From UHGV virus genome UHGV-0213691: a stretch of 44,307 nucleotides of DNA. One strand, 5' to 3'. Of this stretch, positions 8,674 to 16,028 are shown one piece after another. Position numbers and translations under genes: made by a program. The notes beneath the pieces are model-generated. The model saw only the letters and a list, made by a program, of their open reading frames with translations, made no database searches and was not told where the DNA came from. Within the stretch, counting starts at the first letter, position 1. Every line of letters starts with the position of its first letter. The stretch comes from a virus.

Positions 8674-9944
8674 TCTAAATCCTCCTCTGTTACCTGATTC
8701 CACTCAGGACGTTTATCGTCTGCCGTTGCAACACATGGCGCGCCAGGCTTACGGGTCACGAGTTTAGCCAATTCTTCCCACAGTTCTGGGTCAATTTTAC
8801 CTATGGTTTTTTCTGCTTCTGTTGGGGTAACTGGCACTAGTTTATCTAATAAGTAGCCGTTTACATGGTTTTCTCTGAATTTATTTACTGCGTCTTCATC
8901 TTTCCACGCACGATTACCGGGACGACCTTCAACCAGCTTGTACCCAGGCACTTTCTTACCTGAATGCAACGCAGCAGCCATAGCTCTCTCCACCTTGTCG
9001 ATGTGCTGGCGCAACAACGGCAACTTCTCATACTCAGCTGCGAGTTGCTCTGGTGTAAGCTCCAGTGCAAAGTCGTCTTCCAGTTCTTCCGCCAGCACCG
9101 AGTTAACTGTTTTTGTACGCGCTGCGCACTGTTCGGAGAACCGACACCACTGACAACCATCTGCCGATGGCTTGAAGTCCGACGCTTTCAGGTTCTTCTT
9201 GCCACGTGAATAGGCGTCAAGCGCTAACAGAGCGCGTTTCTGTGCGAACTTAGCGAACAGTTCCAGACCTTCAACCGAGATGTCACACTCGGACGCACCG
9301 CCAGCATACGGCTGGAAGATAACAAGACGAACAACTGTGATGTTATAACGTCTCCTGAGTCGGCGATAAACACCGAGAGCGTAAAGCATTAGCTGCTTGT
9401 TTTCTTTCGCTTCGACACGATGCCGTCCCGTTTTAAGGTCGCCAATAATGAGCATGTGCTCGTCAGTGTTTGCCAGTTCCTGAACGGCAACAAGGTCGGC
9501 GGTGCCGAACGTCTCAATGCCTTCGTAGCCCGGATGCAATACCTCAGTAAGATTGACGCGCATTTCCAGCTTGGCGTAAGTCGCTACATCGATAATCGCT
9601 TTGCAGTAATCGGTGTACTTGCGCACCTGCTCAATCATATCCGTCGTAATCAGTACCGCACCTTTCATCGGGCTTATTAGCGCCTTAATCTGGCCTTTAC
9701 CTTCATCCAGCACGTAAGCACCGACTTCACGCTCTAATGGCAACGCAGTACCGCGTATATAGGCGTTGAGATGTACCTCAGCTATGGTGTGACACGCGGT
9801 CCCTATAACGGCGGATTTACCCGAAGTGTTAGGAATATCTTTTTCACAGGCCAGTGACGCCGCGCATGACAGCCACTTTTTCGCCCCAGACGGCGACAGT
9901 AAGGCGTGCACATCGTTATTGCCACCGCGTTCCTTTAAAATCAT
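8670..9944 (-). CDS. DUF2800-like PD-(D/E)xK nuclease with C-terminal Cys cluster (Cas4-like)
   Basis: About 424 aa from ATG 9944 (track start 9959 is GTG); N-terminal LSPSGAKKWLSCAASL; C-terminal CQWCRFSEQC cluster. Confidence 0.65.
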   Translation of the reverse strand: MILKERGGNNDVHALLSPSGAKKWLSCAASLACEKDIPNTSGKSAVIGTACHTIAEVHLNAYIRGTALPLEREVGAYVLDEGKGQIKALISPMKGAVLITTDMIEQVRKYTDYCKAIIDVATYAKLEMRVNLTEVLHPGYEGIETFGTADLVAVQELANTDEHMLIIGDLKTGRHRVEAKENKQLMLYALGVYRRLRRRYNITVVRLVIFQPYAGGASECDISVEGLELFAKFAQKRALLALDAYSRGKKNLKASDFKPSADGCQWCRFSEQCAARTKTVNSVLAEELEDDFALELTPEQLAAEYEKLPLLRQHIDKVERAMAAALHSGKKVPGYKLVEGRPGNRAWKDEDAVNKFRENHVNGYLLDKLVPVTPTEAEKTIGKIDPELWEELAKLVTRKPGAPCVATADDKRPEWNQVTEEDLE

Positions 9945-10213
9945 ACCCTGCTCTCCCACTGGTCAATTAAATGTCGTGTCTTATGTTCGCAGTGCATAGC
10001 CCACCCATACATCGACTCGAAGACATAAAAGTCAGGTTTGGCAAATGTCGTGCGCTTAATCTGCGACACGTGACGGCCTATATCTTTAGGCCGCGGTACT
10101 TTGCCTAAGTACGCCATCTCTTTCATCTGGTGCGCACCGGACGGCGCACGCAACAGCCATAGCGCCTCTGTGTTATCCCGCCTGTCTACGGCGCGATAGA
10201 GTTGGTAAATCAT
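9941..10213 (-). CDS. Hypothetical protein (90 aa)
   Basis: ATG with GAGGA RBS; its first 28 codons are duplicated at 10693-10769. Confidence 0.5.
   Translation of the reverse strand: MIYQLYRAVDRRDNTEALWLLRAPSGAHQMKEMAYLGKVPRPKDIGRHVSQIKRTTFAKPDFYVFESMYGWAMHCEHKTRHLIDQWESRV
10137..10213. repeat. Direct repeat copy 1 (77 bp; 63-bp identical core 10151-10213)
   Basis: Near-identical to 10693-10769; covers the 5' coding end of gene 9941-10213 and stops at its start codon. Confidence 0.85.
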
Positions 10214-10232
10214 GTGCTTATCCTCAAAGTCA

Positions 10233-10252
10233 CCCGGCGCCGAAGCGCCGGG
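10233..10252. promoter_or_regulatory. GC-rich perfect hairpin (CCCGGCGC-CGAA-GCGCCGGG) in intergenic spacer
   Basis: 8-bp stem, 4-nt loop, no U-tract; between Tad2-like gene and next gene. Confidence 0.35.
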
Positions 10253-10260
10253 CCGGTTGA

Positions 10261-10524
10261 TTATTCTTCGTTATCGTCCAAAATAATCCAGTCGTAAGAC
10301 AGGACATCAGTTTGCGATGCCAACCACGGTACTAATTTATCATCGGCAGTTTTCATGCAAATAAATGATAGTGTTTCAATACCATCAACGCCTTCGACAT
10401 CAGATTCAAAGCTCCAATGGTTGCCGACGACGAGGAAAAGGAACATATTTTTACCATTCCACCCACCGCGCGCAACACGGTGCCCGATAGCTAACGCTTT
10501 AGTTGCTTCCCCGAAATTAATCAT
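10261..10524 (-). CDS. DUF2829-like protein (Tad2-type candidate anti-Thoeris cyclic-nucleotide sponge)
   Basis: 87 aa; FGEA..AL..G.RVARGGWNGK.MFL and MKTADDKLVPWLASQTDVLSYDW match the remembered DUF2829 signature; ATG with GAGGAG RBS. Confidence 0.45.
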   Translation of the reverse strand: MINFGEATKALAIGHRVARGGWNGKNMFLFLVVGNHWSFESDVEGVDGIETLSFICMKTADDKLVPWLASQTDVLSYDWIILDDNEE

Positions 10525-10528
10525 GTCA

Positions 10529-10769
10529 TTACTCCTCTATATCGTAATACTTAGCGACAATGGCTTTCAGTTCCTTGTGGAACTCCTGCACCTGGAGGTC
10601 CTTCAGCTTTTTGACTGAACGGGCATCATATCCGTCCAGCAGGTCGTCCAGCTCGTCGGCGCAGTCGTCAGAATCGCCGCTGCCGATGTGCTCCGGACGG
10701 TGCGCGCAACAGCCATAGCGCCTCTGTGTTATCCCGCCTGTCTACGGCGCGATAGAGTTGGTAAATCAT
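10529..10769 (-). pseudogene. Mosaic gene remnant: duplicated 28-codon N-terminus fused out of frame to a paralogue of the acidic protein C-terminus
   Basis: ATG at 10769 reads MIYQLYRAVDRRDNTEALWLLRAPSGAH then stops at 10668; the +1 frame continues for 70 codons ending at 10529-10531 and resembles the C-terminus of ORF 10813-11340. Confidence 0.3.
10693..10769. repeat. Direct repeat copy 2 (77 bp; 63-bp identical core 10707-10769)
   Basis: See copy 1; the two copies bracket a 556-bp segment containing the Tad2-like gene. Confidence 0.85.
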
Positions 10770-10812
10770 AATTCCGACCCTCAGTTAAAGCGGCCAGAAG
10801 GCCGCGAGATAG

Positions 10813-11340
10813 TTATTCTTCTTCGAAGTACTTGTTCTTGATTGCCGTCAGGCGTTCCAGGTATTCAGCCAGGTCTTCGTCTTTAATCGCGGCAATCTTC
10901 ATTTTCTTACCGGTGAACTCTTCCAGCAGTTCATCAGAATCATCGCACGCTGCATCGCTCGGACCTTCGTTAATCGCATCATCAATAGCCTGAATCTGGT
11001 CACGCAGAGACTGGTAATCGACTTCTTCTTTCTCTTCTTCCGGCTCTGGCGTCGGCTCCTCTACTTTAGCTTTACGTGGCTTACGTTTAGGCTTCTCTTC
11101 TTCTGGTTTAGTGTCAACGACGTCTTCACCTTCTACCGGGATTTCTTTTTTAATGCTGGATTTTTGTAATTCTAATGTATGTTCGAGTTCAAGTTTCTCT
11201 TTAGCCACCTCGTGCTTGGCAATGGCGATATTTAGTTTTGTGTCCAGTTCTTTCGATGATGCTTGTTTCACGCTATTCGCAGCAATCAGTTCATGCGCAA
11301 CTACGAAACGTTCCAGTAATACTAAGAATTTCTCTAACAT
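10813..11340 (-). CDS. Highly acidic, E/K-rich early protein (175 aa)
   Basis: First gene of leftward operon; GAGGAGAG RBS; long acidic low-complexity stretches. Confidence 0.55.
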   Translation of the reverse strand: MLEKFLVLLERFVVAHELIAANSVKQASSKELDTKLNIAIAKHEVAKEKLELEHTLELQKSSIKKEIPVEGEDVVDTKPEEEKPKRKPRKAKVEEPTPEPEEEKEEVDYQSLRDQIQAIDDAINEGPSDAACDDSDELLEEFTGKKMKIAAIKDEDLAEYLERLTAIKNKYFEEE

Positions 11341-11371
11341 TTGTTTCTCTCCTCTCGTTTGGTATGGGCTA

Positions 11372-11400
11372 ACTATAATAGCGAACTATTCACTTGTCAA
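11372..11400 (-). promoter_or_regulatory. Leftward early promoter (TTGACA-17-TATAGT) with operator AATAGCGAACTATT (11377-11390)
   Basis: Consensus -35, 17-bp spacer; in divergent control region. Confidence 0.6.
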
Positions 11401-11464
11401 TGGGCTTTTCTAAAATAATTAATATGGTACTATTCACATATCAACTGACTAAGGAGTAATCGAC
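11401..11464 (+). promoter_or_regulatory. Rightward promoter/operator region for the HTH gene (degenerate operator AATATGGTACTATT 11421-11434; RBS AAGGAG)
   Basis: TACTAT -10-like hexamer at 11428-11433 but no clear -35; strong RBS 11451-11456. Confidence 0.35.
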
Positions 11465-11680
11465 ATGCAACCATCCGAACTAGGCATCCGTGTAGAACAA
11501 CGCCGTAAAGAACTAGGCATCTCCCAGCGCCGTCTTGCGGTCCTGGCCGGCGTTTCCCAGGGCGCGATTAACCAGCTTGCGCTCGGGGTAACTCAGGACG
11601 TCCGCCCGGCGACGCTGTTTAAACTGGCGGAAGTGCTGCAAGTAGACGCCAAGTGGTTGGCGTTCGGTGAAGGGGCTTAA
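11465..11680 (+). CDS. XRE-family helix-turn-helix transcriptional regulator (Cro/CI-like)
   Basis: 71 aa; HTH signature ELGISQRRLAVLAGVSQGAINQLALG; divergent from leftward early operon. Confidence 0.75.
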   Translation: MQPSELGIRVEQRRKELGISQRRLAVLAGVSQGAINQLALGVTQDVRPATLFKLAEVLQVDAKWLAFGEGA

Positions 11681-11698
11681 CGCCCCTTTCTTTTTACC
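11672..11698 (+). terminator. Intrinsic terminator after HTH gene
   Basis: AGGGGC-TTAAC-GCCCCT hairpin followed by TTCTTTTT. Confidence 0.55.
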
Positions 11699-13965
11699 TA
11701 TTCCAAATCCTCCGCTGTCACCACCAGCATTTCATTCGGTTCGTATATTGTCTTCGGAATCTTGTTATCCGTTATCCTGGTGTTAAGCCGGTAGCGGCCA
11801 GGTATTATCTGATTGTTTTCGTCAGTCCCCGGAACAAGATACCCGGCCTCAACCATTTTCTTAATCTTCCCGCGTTCTATGGCTTCTTTGGAGTTAAACG
11901 CCTTTGCGTTGGGGTCTGACTGAGCGAGCTTATTCGCTGCGGCCACCGTGATACCTTCATTGCCGTTGTAGGTTCCTTCTGCCAGTTCAAACGCTGCCAG
12001 TATCGTGGCTTCCGAACTGTTGACGGCGTTCTCTACGGTTTTACGTACGTTTTCTTTACCTTCCTTTGTCAGCCCTTCTTCCCGCTCTTTCTCCTCGTCA
12101 GTTTTGAACGGCTCGAAGCCCCACGGCATCAGTACAAGCGCCTTGTGCGGTTCAGGCAGGTCGAGGTTTACGATTGTGCCGTATTCCTCTGTGCTACCCA
12201 GGAACTCAACCGCGCGATACTCTTTCGGCGGCGGGGCTTCACGGAACTGTACTGACTCCAACACCATACCAACCGTCTTCTGTTGAGGCCCGTGCTTAAA
12301 TTTAGAGTGGTATACGTTTATCTGGCGGTCGGTAGCGCGTTCGATTGTCAGCTCCACGTCGACGCCCGCATACAGCGCCCCACTGCCACGGGCCTTCTTT
12401 CCACCCTTCGGCGTATGGTGGACAACGCCTACCGCAGCTTTAGTCGCATCACGTACTTCTTTCAGGATGGCAATGACTTTACCCATGCCGATTGCCGTCG
12501 ATGAACTGTTCTCGTCGAACTTATCAATCGTCAGGGCCAGCGTCTGGTTAAGGGTGTCGAATGCGACCATGCCAATTGGCTCGTCACCCGCAGTTTCACG
12601 CATTAACTTAATCAGGTTTTTCAGTTTTCCGACTTCGCCCATGTCGATAACATGTACATAATCTTTACCTTCCTCGCCATATTTAGCCGCGAGTGCATCT
12701 ATACGTGTGCGGGTAGCTGCGCCGCCCTCACCGTCGATATAAAAATGGTGGCAACGCTGCGTATCAGCTCCCGCAAACCGGTATCCTGCGGCGCTAAGGT
12801 ACATCATCCCCAGTGTATAAAACGATTTGTACGTGCCAGATTCCCCGACGATATCCCAGATACAATCTGATGGCACATACCCTTCGACGACGAAATCAGC
12901 CTTTACCGGTTCCGGTAGCTCGTCCTCCTCTGGGTCCTCGTCGTCTTCTAGGTCGTCGAGGCTGCATGAAACTGATTCACGCGCGCCCCAGCCAATTGCC
13001 TCAGCGACTTCACTGAACGGCAGCCCAGTCGCATCGCACGCATACTTCCACACCTCTTTCGGTGACATGCCTTCGGTTGCCGTAATGTCGGTGTCGTGAA
13101 TCATGGTTACGTTAGGCGCTTCGTACCCTTCACGTGGGAAGCATAGCAGGAAGTCGTCCGGACGCGGCGTCGGGTCGCTGTAGTTCTCTGCGTGTTCTGG
13201 CGTAGCTGGCATCTTCAGACCGCGGGGCGTCATGACGCCACCATACTCGAACGCCAGTGCTTCGAACGCGTCCGTAAACGCGGTGCGCAGTTCTTCCGGT
13301 ATCTGGTAGTCAGATGCGCTGCTCACCTCGTAATCCGGTACGCCTTCCAGTAACTCGTCAGGGTCAATCAGGTCGTTTCGGCGCGACCAGATAACCTGAG
13401 AGCCGACCGGTGGCAGGTACATCGGCTGGGACAGAGTAAACCCGCTGCGGTCCGCGCCCATGCCTTTGAAGAAGTGCTCCAGCAACCCGTGACGTACGCG
13501 GATGATGTCACCGCCTTCGACCGGGCGGGCCAGCGGCATGACGACGCGAAAGCGTGGAGACTCATCGGTATGGGATGCCGTGGTGTAAACGCACATGGCT
13601 TTACGGCCTCGCTTAACCAGGCGCACTGCTTCCTGGTACTCTTCCGGCGTTGCGCTGTCGAAGTCAAGATACGCCAGTGACGATTTAGTTACAGACGCGT
13701 CACAGCGATAGAAGAAGCCTTTACGCGCATGCTTAAAGTCACCTGTTTCCGGGTCTTTTACGGTGCTGTGTGTCGAGTCGCACGCGGCGGTGATATATCC
13801 CGGCGCGGTCTTCGGGTTAACCCCATCACGGACAGCATCAAGCGGCTGGAGTAGCTCTTTCAGGTCGTCCAGTGTTGCCGTGTGAGTGGTTCTGACGTTT
13901 ATATCCTTTTTCTCTGCCCGCGCGTTGCGACGGGACCACGAGTAGGATAAAATTACATCGGACAT
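11698..13965 (-). CDS. Bifunctional primase(-polymerase)/helicase
   Basis: 755 aa; N-terminal AEP-like motifs YLDFD, ASHT, RFRVV; C-terminal RecA-like ATPase Walker A GESGTYKS and Walker B MVAFDTL. Confidence 0.7.
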   Translation of the reverse strand: MSDVILSYSWSRRNARAEKKDINVRTTHTATLDDLKELLQPLDAVRDGVNPKTAPGYITAACDSTHSTVKDPETGDFKHARKGFFYRCDASVTKSSLAYLDFDSATPEEYQEAVRLVKRGRKAMCVYTTASHTDESPRFRVVMPLARPVEGGDIIRVRHGLLEHFFKGMGADRSGFTLSQPMYLPPVGSQVIWSRRNDLIDPDELLEGVPDYEVSSASDYQIPEELRTAFTDAFEALAFEYGGVMTPRGLKMPATPEHAENYSDPTPRPDDFLLCFPREGYEAPNVTMIHDTDITATEGMSPKEVWKYACDATGLPFSEVAEAIGWGARESVSCSLDDLEDDEDPEEDELPEPVKADFVVEGYVPSDCIWDIVGESGTYKSFYTLGMMYLSAAGYRFAGADTQRCHHFYIDGEGGAATRTRIDALAAKYGEEGKDYVHVIDMGEVGKLKNLIKLMRETAGDEPIGMVAFDTLNQTLALTIDKFDENSSSTAIGMGKVIAILKEVRDATKAAVGVVHHTPKGGKKARGSGALYAGVDVELTIERATDRQINVYHSKFKHGPQQKTVGMVLESVQFREAPPPKEYRAVEFLGSTEEYGTIVNLDLPEPHKALVLMPWGFEPFKTDEEKEREEGLTKEGKENVRKTVENAVNSSEATILAAFELAEGTYNGNEGITVAAANKLAQSDPNAKAFNSKEAIERGKIKKMVEAGYLVPGTDENNQIIPGRYRLNTRITDNKIPKTIYEPNEMLVVTAEDLE

Positions 13966-14023
13966 GTTGTATTTCCTTCAGCAAGTAATTTGGCCTCGGC
14001 GTTCACCGCGTCGGGGCTTTCTT

Positions 14024-14257
14024 TTATTCCAGGTCTTCTAAAGTGGCTGTCATTCCGCGAACTTCGGCAACGGCACTATATTTCCCACCAACATTTTTCA
14101 CGGCACCAGATTTAACCAGTACCCTCAATGACCCTTCAATAATGGCAGAACTATAGTACTTAAAATAACTGCGGCGCAAGTCGATAACGCTGCACGACCC
14201 TTTTTTACGTGTTAACGAAACGACCGCCGTAAATACGCGTGACTGGAACTCGGTCAT
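14024..14257 (-). CDS. Hypothetical protein (77 aa)
   Basis: ATG start overlaps upstream gene stop (ATGA). Confidence 0.45.
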   Translation of the reverse strand: MTEFQSRVFTAVVSLTRKKGSCSVIDLRRSYFKYYSSAIIEGSLRVLVKSGAVKNVGGKYSAVAEVRGMTATLEDLE

Positions 14258-14424
14258 TTCACGTTCTCCTTAATCCACGCTTCCACCTTCTCCGGGTCAA
14301 ACGTACCTGGCTGACGGCGACCCATAATGCGAATACAGCAATCCGGGAACTTCCCGCTCTTTAACCAGTTATTCAGCGTGCGACGAGTAACTCCTATACG
14401 CTCCGCTACCTCATTCTGTGTCAT
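14254..14424 (-). CDS. AlpA/excisionase-like HTH DNA-binding protein
   Basis: 56 aa from ATG 14424 with GAGGG RBS (track start 14457 is TTG); MTQNEVAERIGVTRRTLNNWLKSGKFP. Confidence 0.55.
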   Translation of the reverse strand: MTQNEVAERIGVTRRTLNNWLKSGKFPDCCIRIMGRRQPGTFDPEKVEAWIKENVK

Positions 14425-14456
14425 TCTCAAACCCTCATTATCAGTTAACGAAACCA

Positions 14457-14485
14457 AGTATACATTGCGAATAATGGGAAATCAA
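14457..14485 (-). promoter_or_regulatory. Candidate leftward promoter (TTGATT-17-TATACT)
   Basis: Hexamers with 17-bp spacer read on minus strand, just upstream of ATG 14424. Confidence 0.3.
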
Positions 14486-14575
14486 ACATAATCGCACCTA
14501 TTGACATTAAGAAAATCTTCGTTTAAGGTGCTTCTATATCTTAGTTACTTTGATTCCTGTTCACCTTGTAAGAAT

Positions 14576-14607
14576 GTTTAACCCGTGCGACAAGCAAAGG
14601 GTTAAAC
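14576..14607. other. Stem-loop (9-bp stem GTTTAACCC/GGGTTAAAC, 14-nt loop) in noncoding region
   Basis: Perfect inverted repeat; no flanking ORF. Confidence 0.4.
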
Positions 14608-14762
14608 ACAGGCTTACTGAACATGAGAATTATCGTAACTTTCCTTCCTAAGTATCTCCGGTTGCCATGGGCAAGCTCTATTCTCATCGGCAGCATATCT
14701 CTTAAGTATATGATTTTCTTAATGTGCCGTAGATTCGCAACCGTAAAAATGTAACGATTATT

Positions 14763-14790
14763 GGGCAGGCTTAAGGCCTGCCCTTTAGTT
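14763..14790. terminator. Hairpin GGGCAGGC-TTAA-GGCCTGCCC followed by TTTAGTT (terminator-like)
   Basis: Stable hairpin in 450-bp noncoding region; short T tract on plus strand. Confidence 0.4.
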
Positions 14791-14855
14791 ACCAAGTAAT
14801 AAGAATAAAGGCGCAACCTTCCCCAAAGAATCACAACGGCAACGTAACTATTCTC

Positions 14856-14884
14856 TTGCACACCCCAACATAATAGGATACTAT
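14856..14884 (+). promoter_or_regulatory. Rightward promoter (TTGCAC-17-TACTAT) with operator AATAGGATACTATT (14872-14885)
   Basis: 33-bp block TTGCACACCCCAACATAATAGGATACTATTCAC, near-identical to promoters at 27937-27965 and 37164-37192. Confidence 0.6.
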
Positions 14885-14918
14885 TCACTTATCGAAACGA
14901 GACAGAGGAGTGGGTGTT

Positions 14919-15110
14919 ATGTTTAAGAAGGGTCAGTTAGTGAAAACTATATATGGTAGCTTCGGTATTATTGAAAAGAAATCGGCAGTGTACCGAAGTT
15001 CTTATGTTGTTAGCTTACTCAGGGAGCATGGGTTAAGTTCAGCGGCGTATTACCGAGAGTATGAAATGAAACTCATCGGCAACAATTTTAAATTCAAAGG
15101 GGTGAAGTGA
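14919..15110 (+). CDS. Hypothetical protein
   Basis: ATG 14919 with AGAGGAG RBS (track start 14910 is GTG). Confidence 0.45.
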   Translation: MFKKGQLVKTIYGSFGIIEKKSAVYRSSYVVSLLREHGLSSAAYYREYEMKLIGNNFKFKGVK

Positions 15111-15295
15111 TGGGTGAATTAATTTACGACGTATATGTAGGTGGTAGATTCAGTTATTCAACAAGAAGCAGAGGCGAGGCGTTTGACCATTGTGTTGCGT
15201 TAGCAAAATTGGGTTTCAACGCAGAATTTAAATCAAGAACGGCATCGAATCATGATGCTCGTGCCGACGACTCTGAGGGAGGTTGCCGTGAATAA
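15110..15295 (+). CDS. Hypothetical protein
   Basis: ATG overlapping previous stop (TGATG). Confidence 0.4.
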   Translation: MGELIYDVYVGGRFSYSTRSRGEAFDHCVALAKLGFNAEFKSRTASNHDARADDSEGGCRE

Positions 15296-15355
15296 TTACC
15301 CGTTCATTTTAATTGTCAGCGCCGTTTATGTGGCGCACGCGTTGCGGGGGTTGGT

Positions 15356-15550
15356 ATGAGTCCATATAACGAATTCCGATTACGCCGTCTGATTGGCAGT
15401 CTGCATGCTGCCGAGTTTGGTGTTGAATGCTGGGAAAAGGCGAAATACACCCCTTGGAAGTCGTGTAATTTGGCTCACGCTAAGGCGGTAGCGCAGTACC
15501 GAGAGTACAAGTTAATCAGTTTCCTTAAACACCACGTGGTGGAGCTATGA
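15356..15550 (+). CDS. Hypothetical protein (64 aa)
   Basis: ATG start; same strand as neighbours. Confidence 0.4.
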   Translation: MSPYNEFRLRRLIGSLHAAEFGVECWEKAKYTPWKSCNLAHAKAVAQYREYKLISFLKHHVVEL

Positions 15551-15690
15551 GAGAAGCATTCGAACGGTGGGCCGTCGTCGAGGGGTTGCCGGTTAACAAG
15601 GGTTCAAAGAAAGAGTACCTGAACGTTAAGACGCGTCTCGCGTGGCGGGCGTGGAAAGCTGGTGTTCGAACTGCGATGAATACGAGGTGA
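15547..15690 (+). CDS. Hypothetical protein (47 aa)
   Basis: Not in track; ATGA-coupled to previous gene; MREAFERWAVVEGLPVNKG... Confidence 0.3.
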   Translation: MREAFERWAVVEGLPVNKGSKKEYLNVKTRLAWRAWKAGVRTAMNTR

Positions 15691-15693
15691 GAT

Positions 15694-15891
15694 ATGAGCG
15701 AGTGGGTTAAGTGTAGTGAGCGTATGCCTGGTGATTTTGAAGATGTTCTTGTTTCAGATGGAGATAACGTCGAGGTTATGTGGTGGGACTGCGACGGTTT
15801 CTGGGATTGTTGGGCGCCGCGTAACTCAAACATCGATATTGACGATGTAACCCACTGGATGCCGTTACCTGAGCCGCCATCGCTGGTATAA
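15694..15891 (+). CDS. DUF551-like phage protein
   Basis: 65 aa; C-terminal VTHWMPLPEPP and W/C-rich core. Confidence 0.5.
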   Translation: MSEWVKCSERMPGDFEDVLVSDGDNVEVMWWDCDGFWDCWAPRNSNIDIDDVTHWMPLPEPPSLV

Positions 15892-15937
15892 CAGGTGGTG
15901 TAACAGGTCAATAGGTTACTATTTTACTGAGTGACTT

Positions 15938-15970
15938 ACGCTGCTGTGTAGCAGCGTATCATTTTTCTCA
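15938..15970 (+). terminator. Intrinsic terminator
   Basis: ACGCTGCT-GTGT-AGCAGCGT hairpin followed by ATCATTTTT; operator-like AATAGGTTACTATT sits just upstream at 15910-15923. Confidence 0.6.
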
Positions 15971-16028
15971 TTTCTGTTCTATTTCACCAAACGCAACAAT
16001 CGAAGCAACTATTGCGAGAGATGCAACA

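Noticed and set aside
10137-10769. Possible CRISPR array or mobile-element terminal repeats
   Set aside because: Only two copies, in direct orientation, 77 bp long and overlapping coding starts; no Cas genes, transposase or integrase nearby. Treated as a recombination-derived duplication.
14541-14888. 115-aa minus-strand ORF in the track
   Set aside because: Lies in the AT-rich noncoding control region, has no RBS, odd composition, and overlaps predicted promoters and hairpins; judged spurious.
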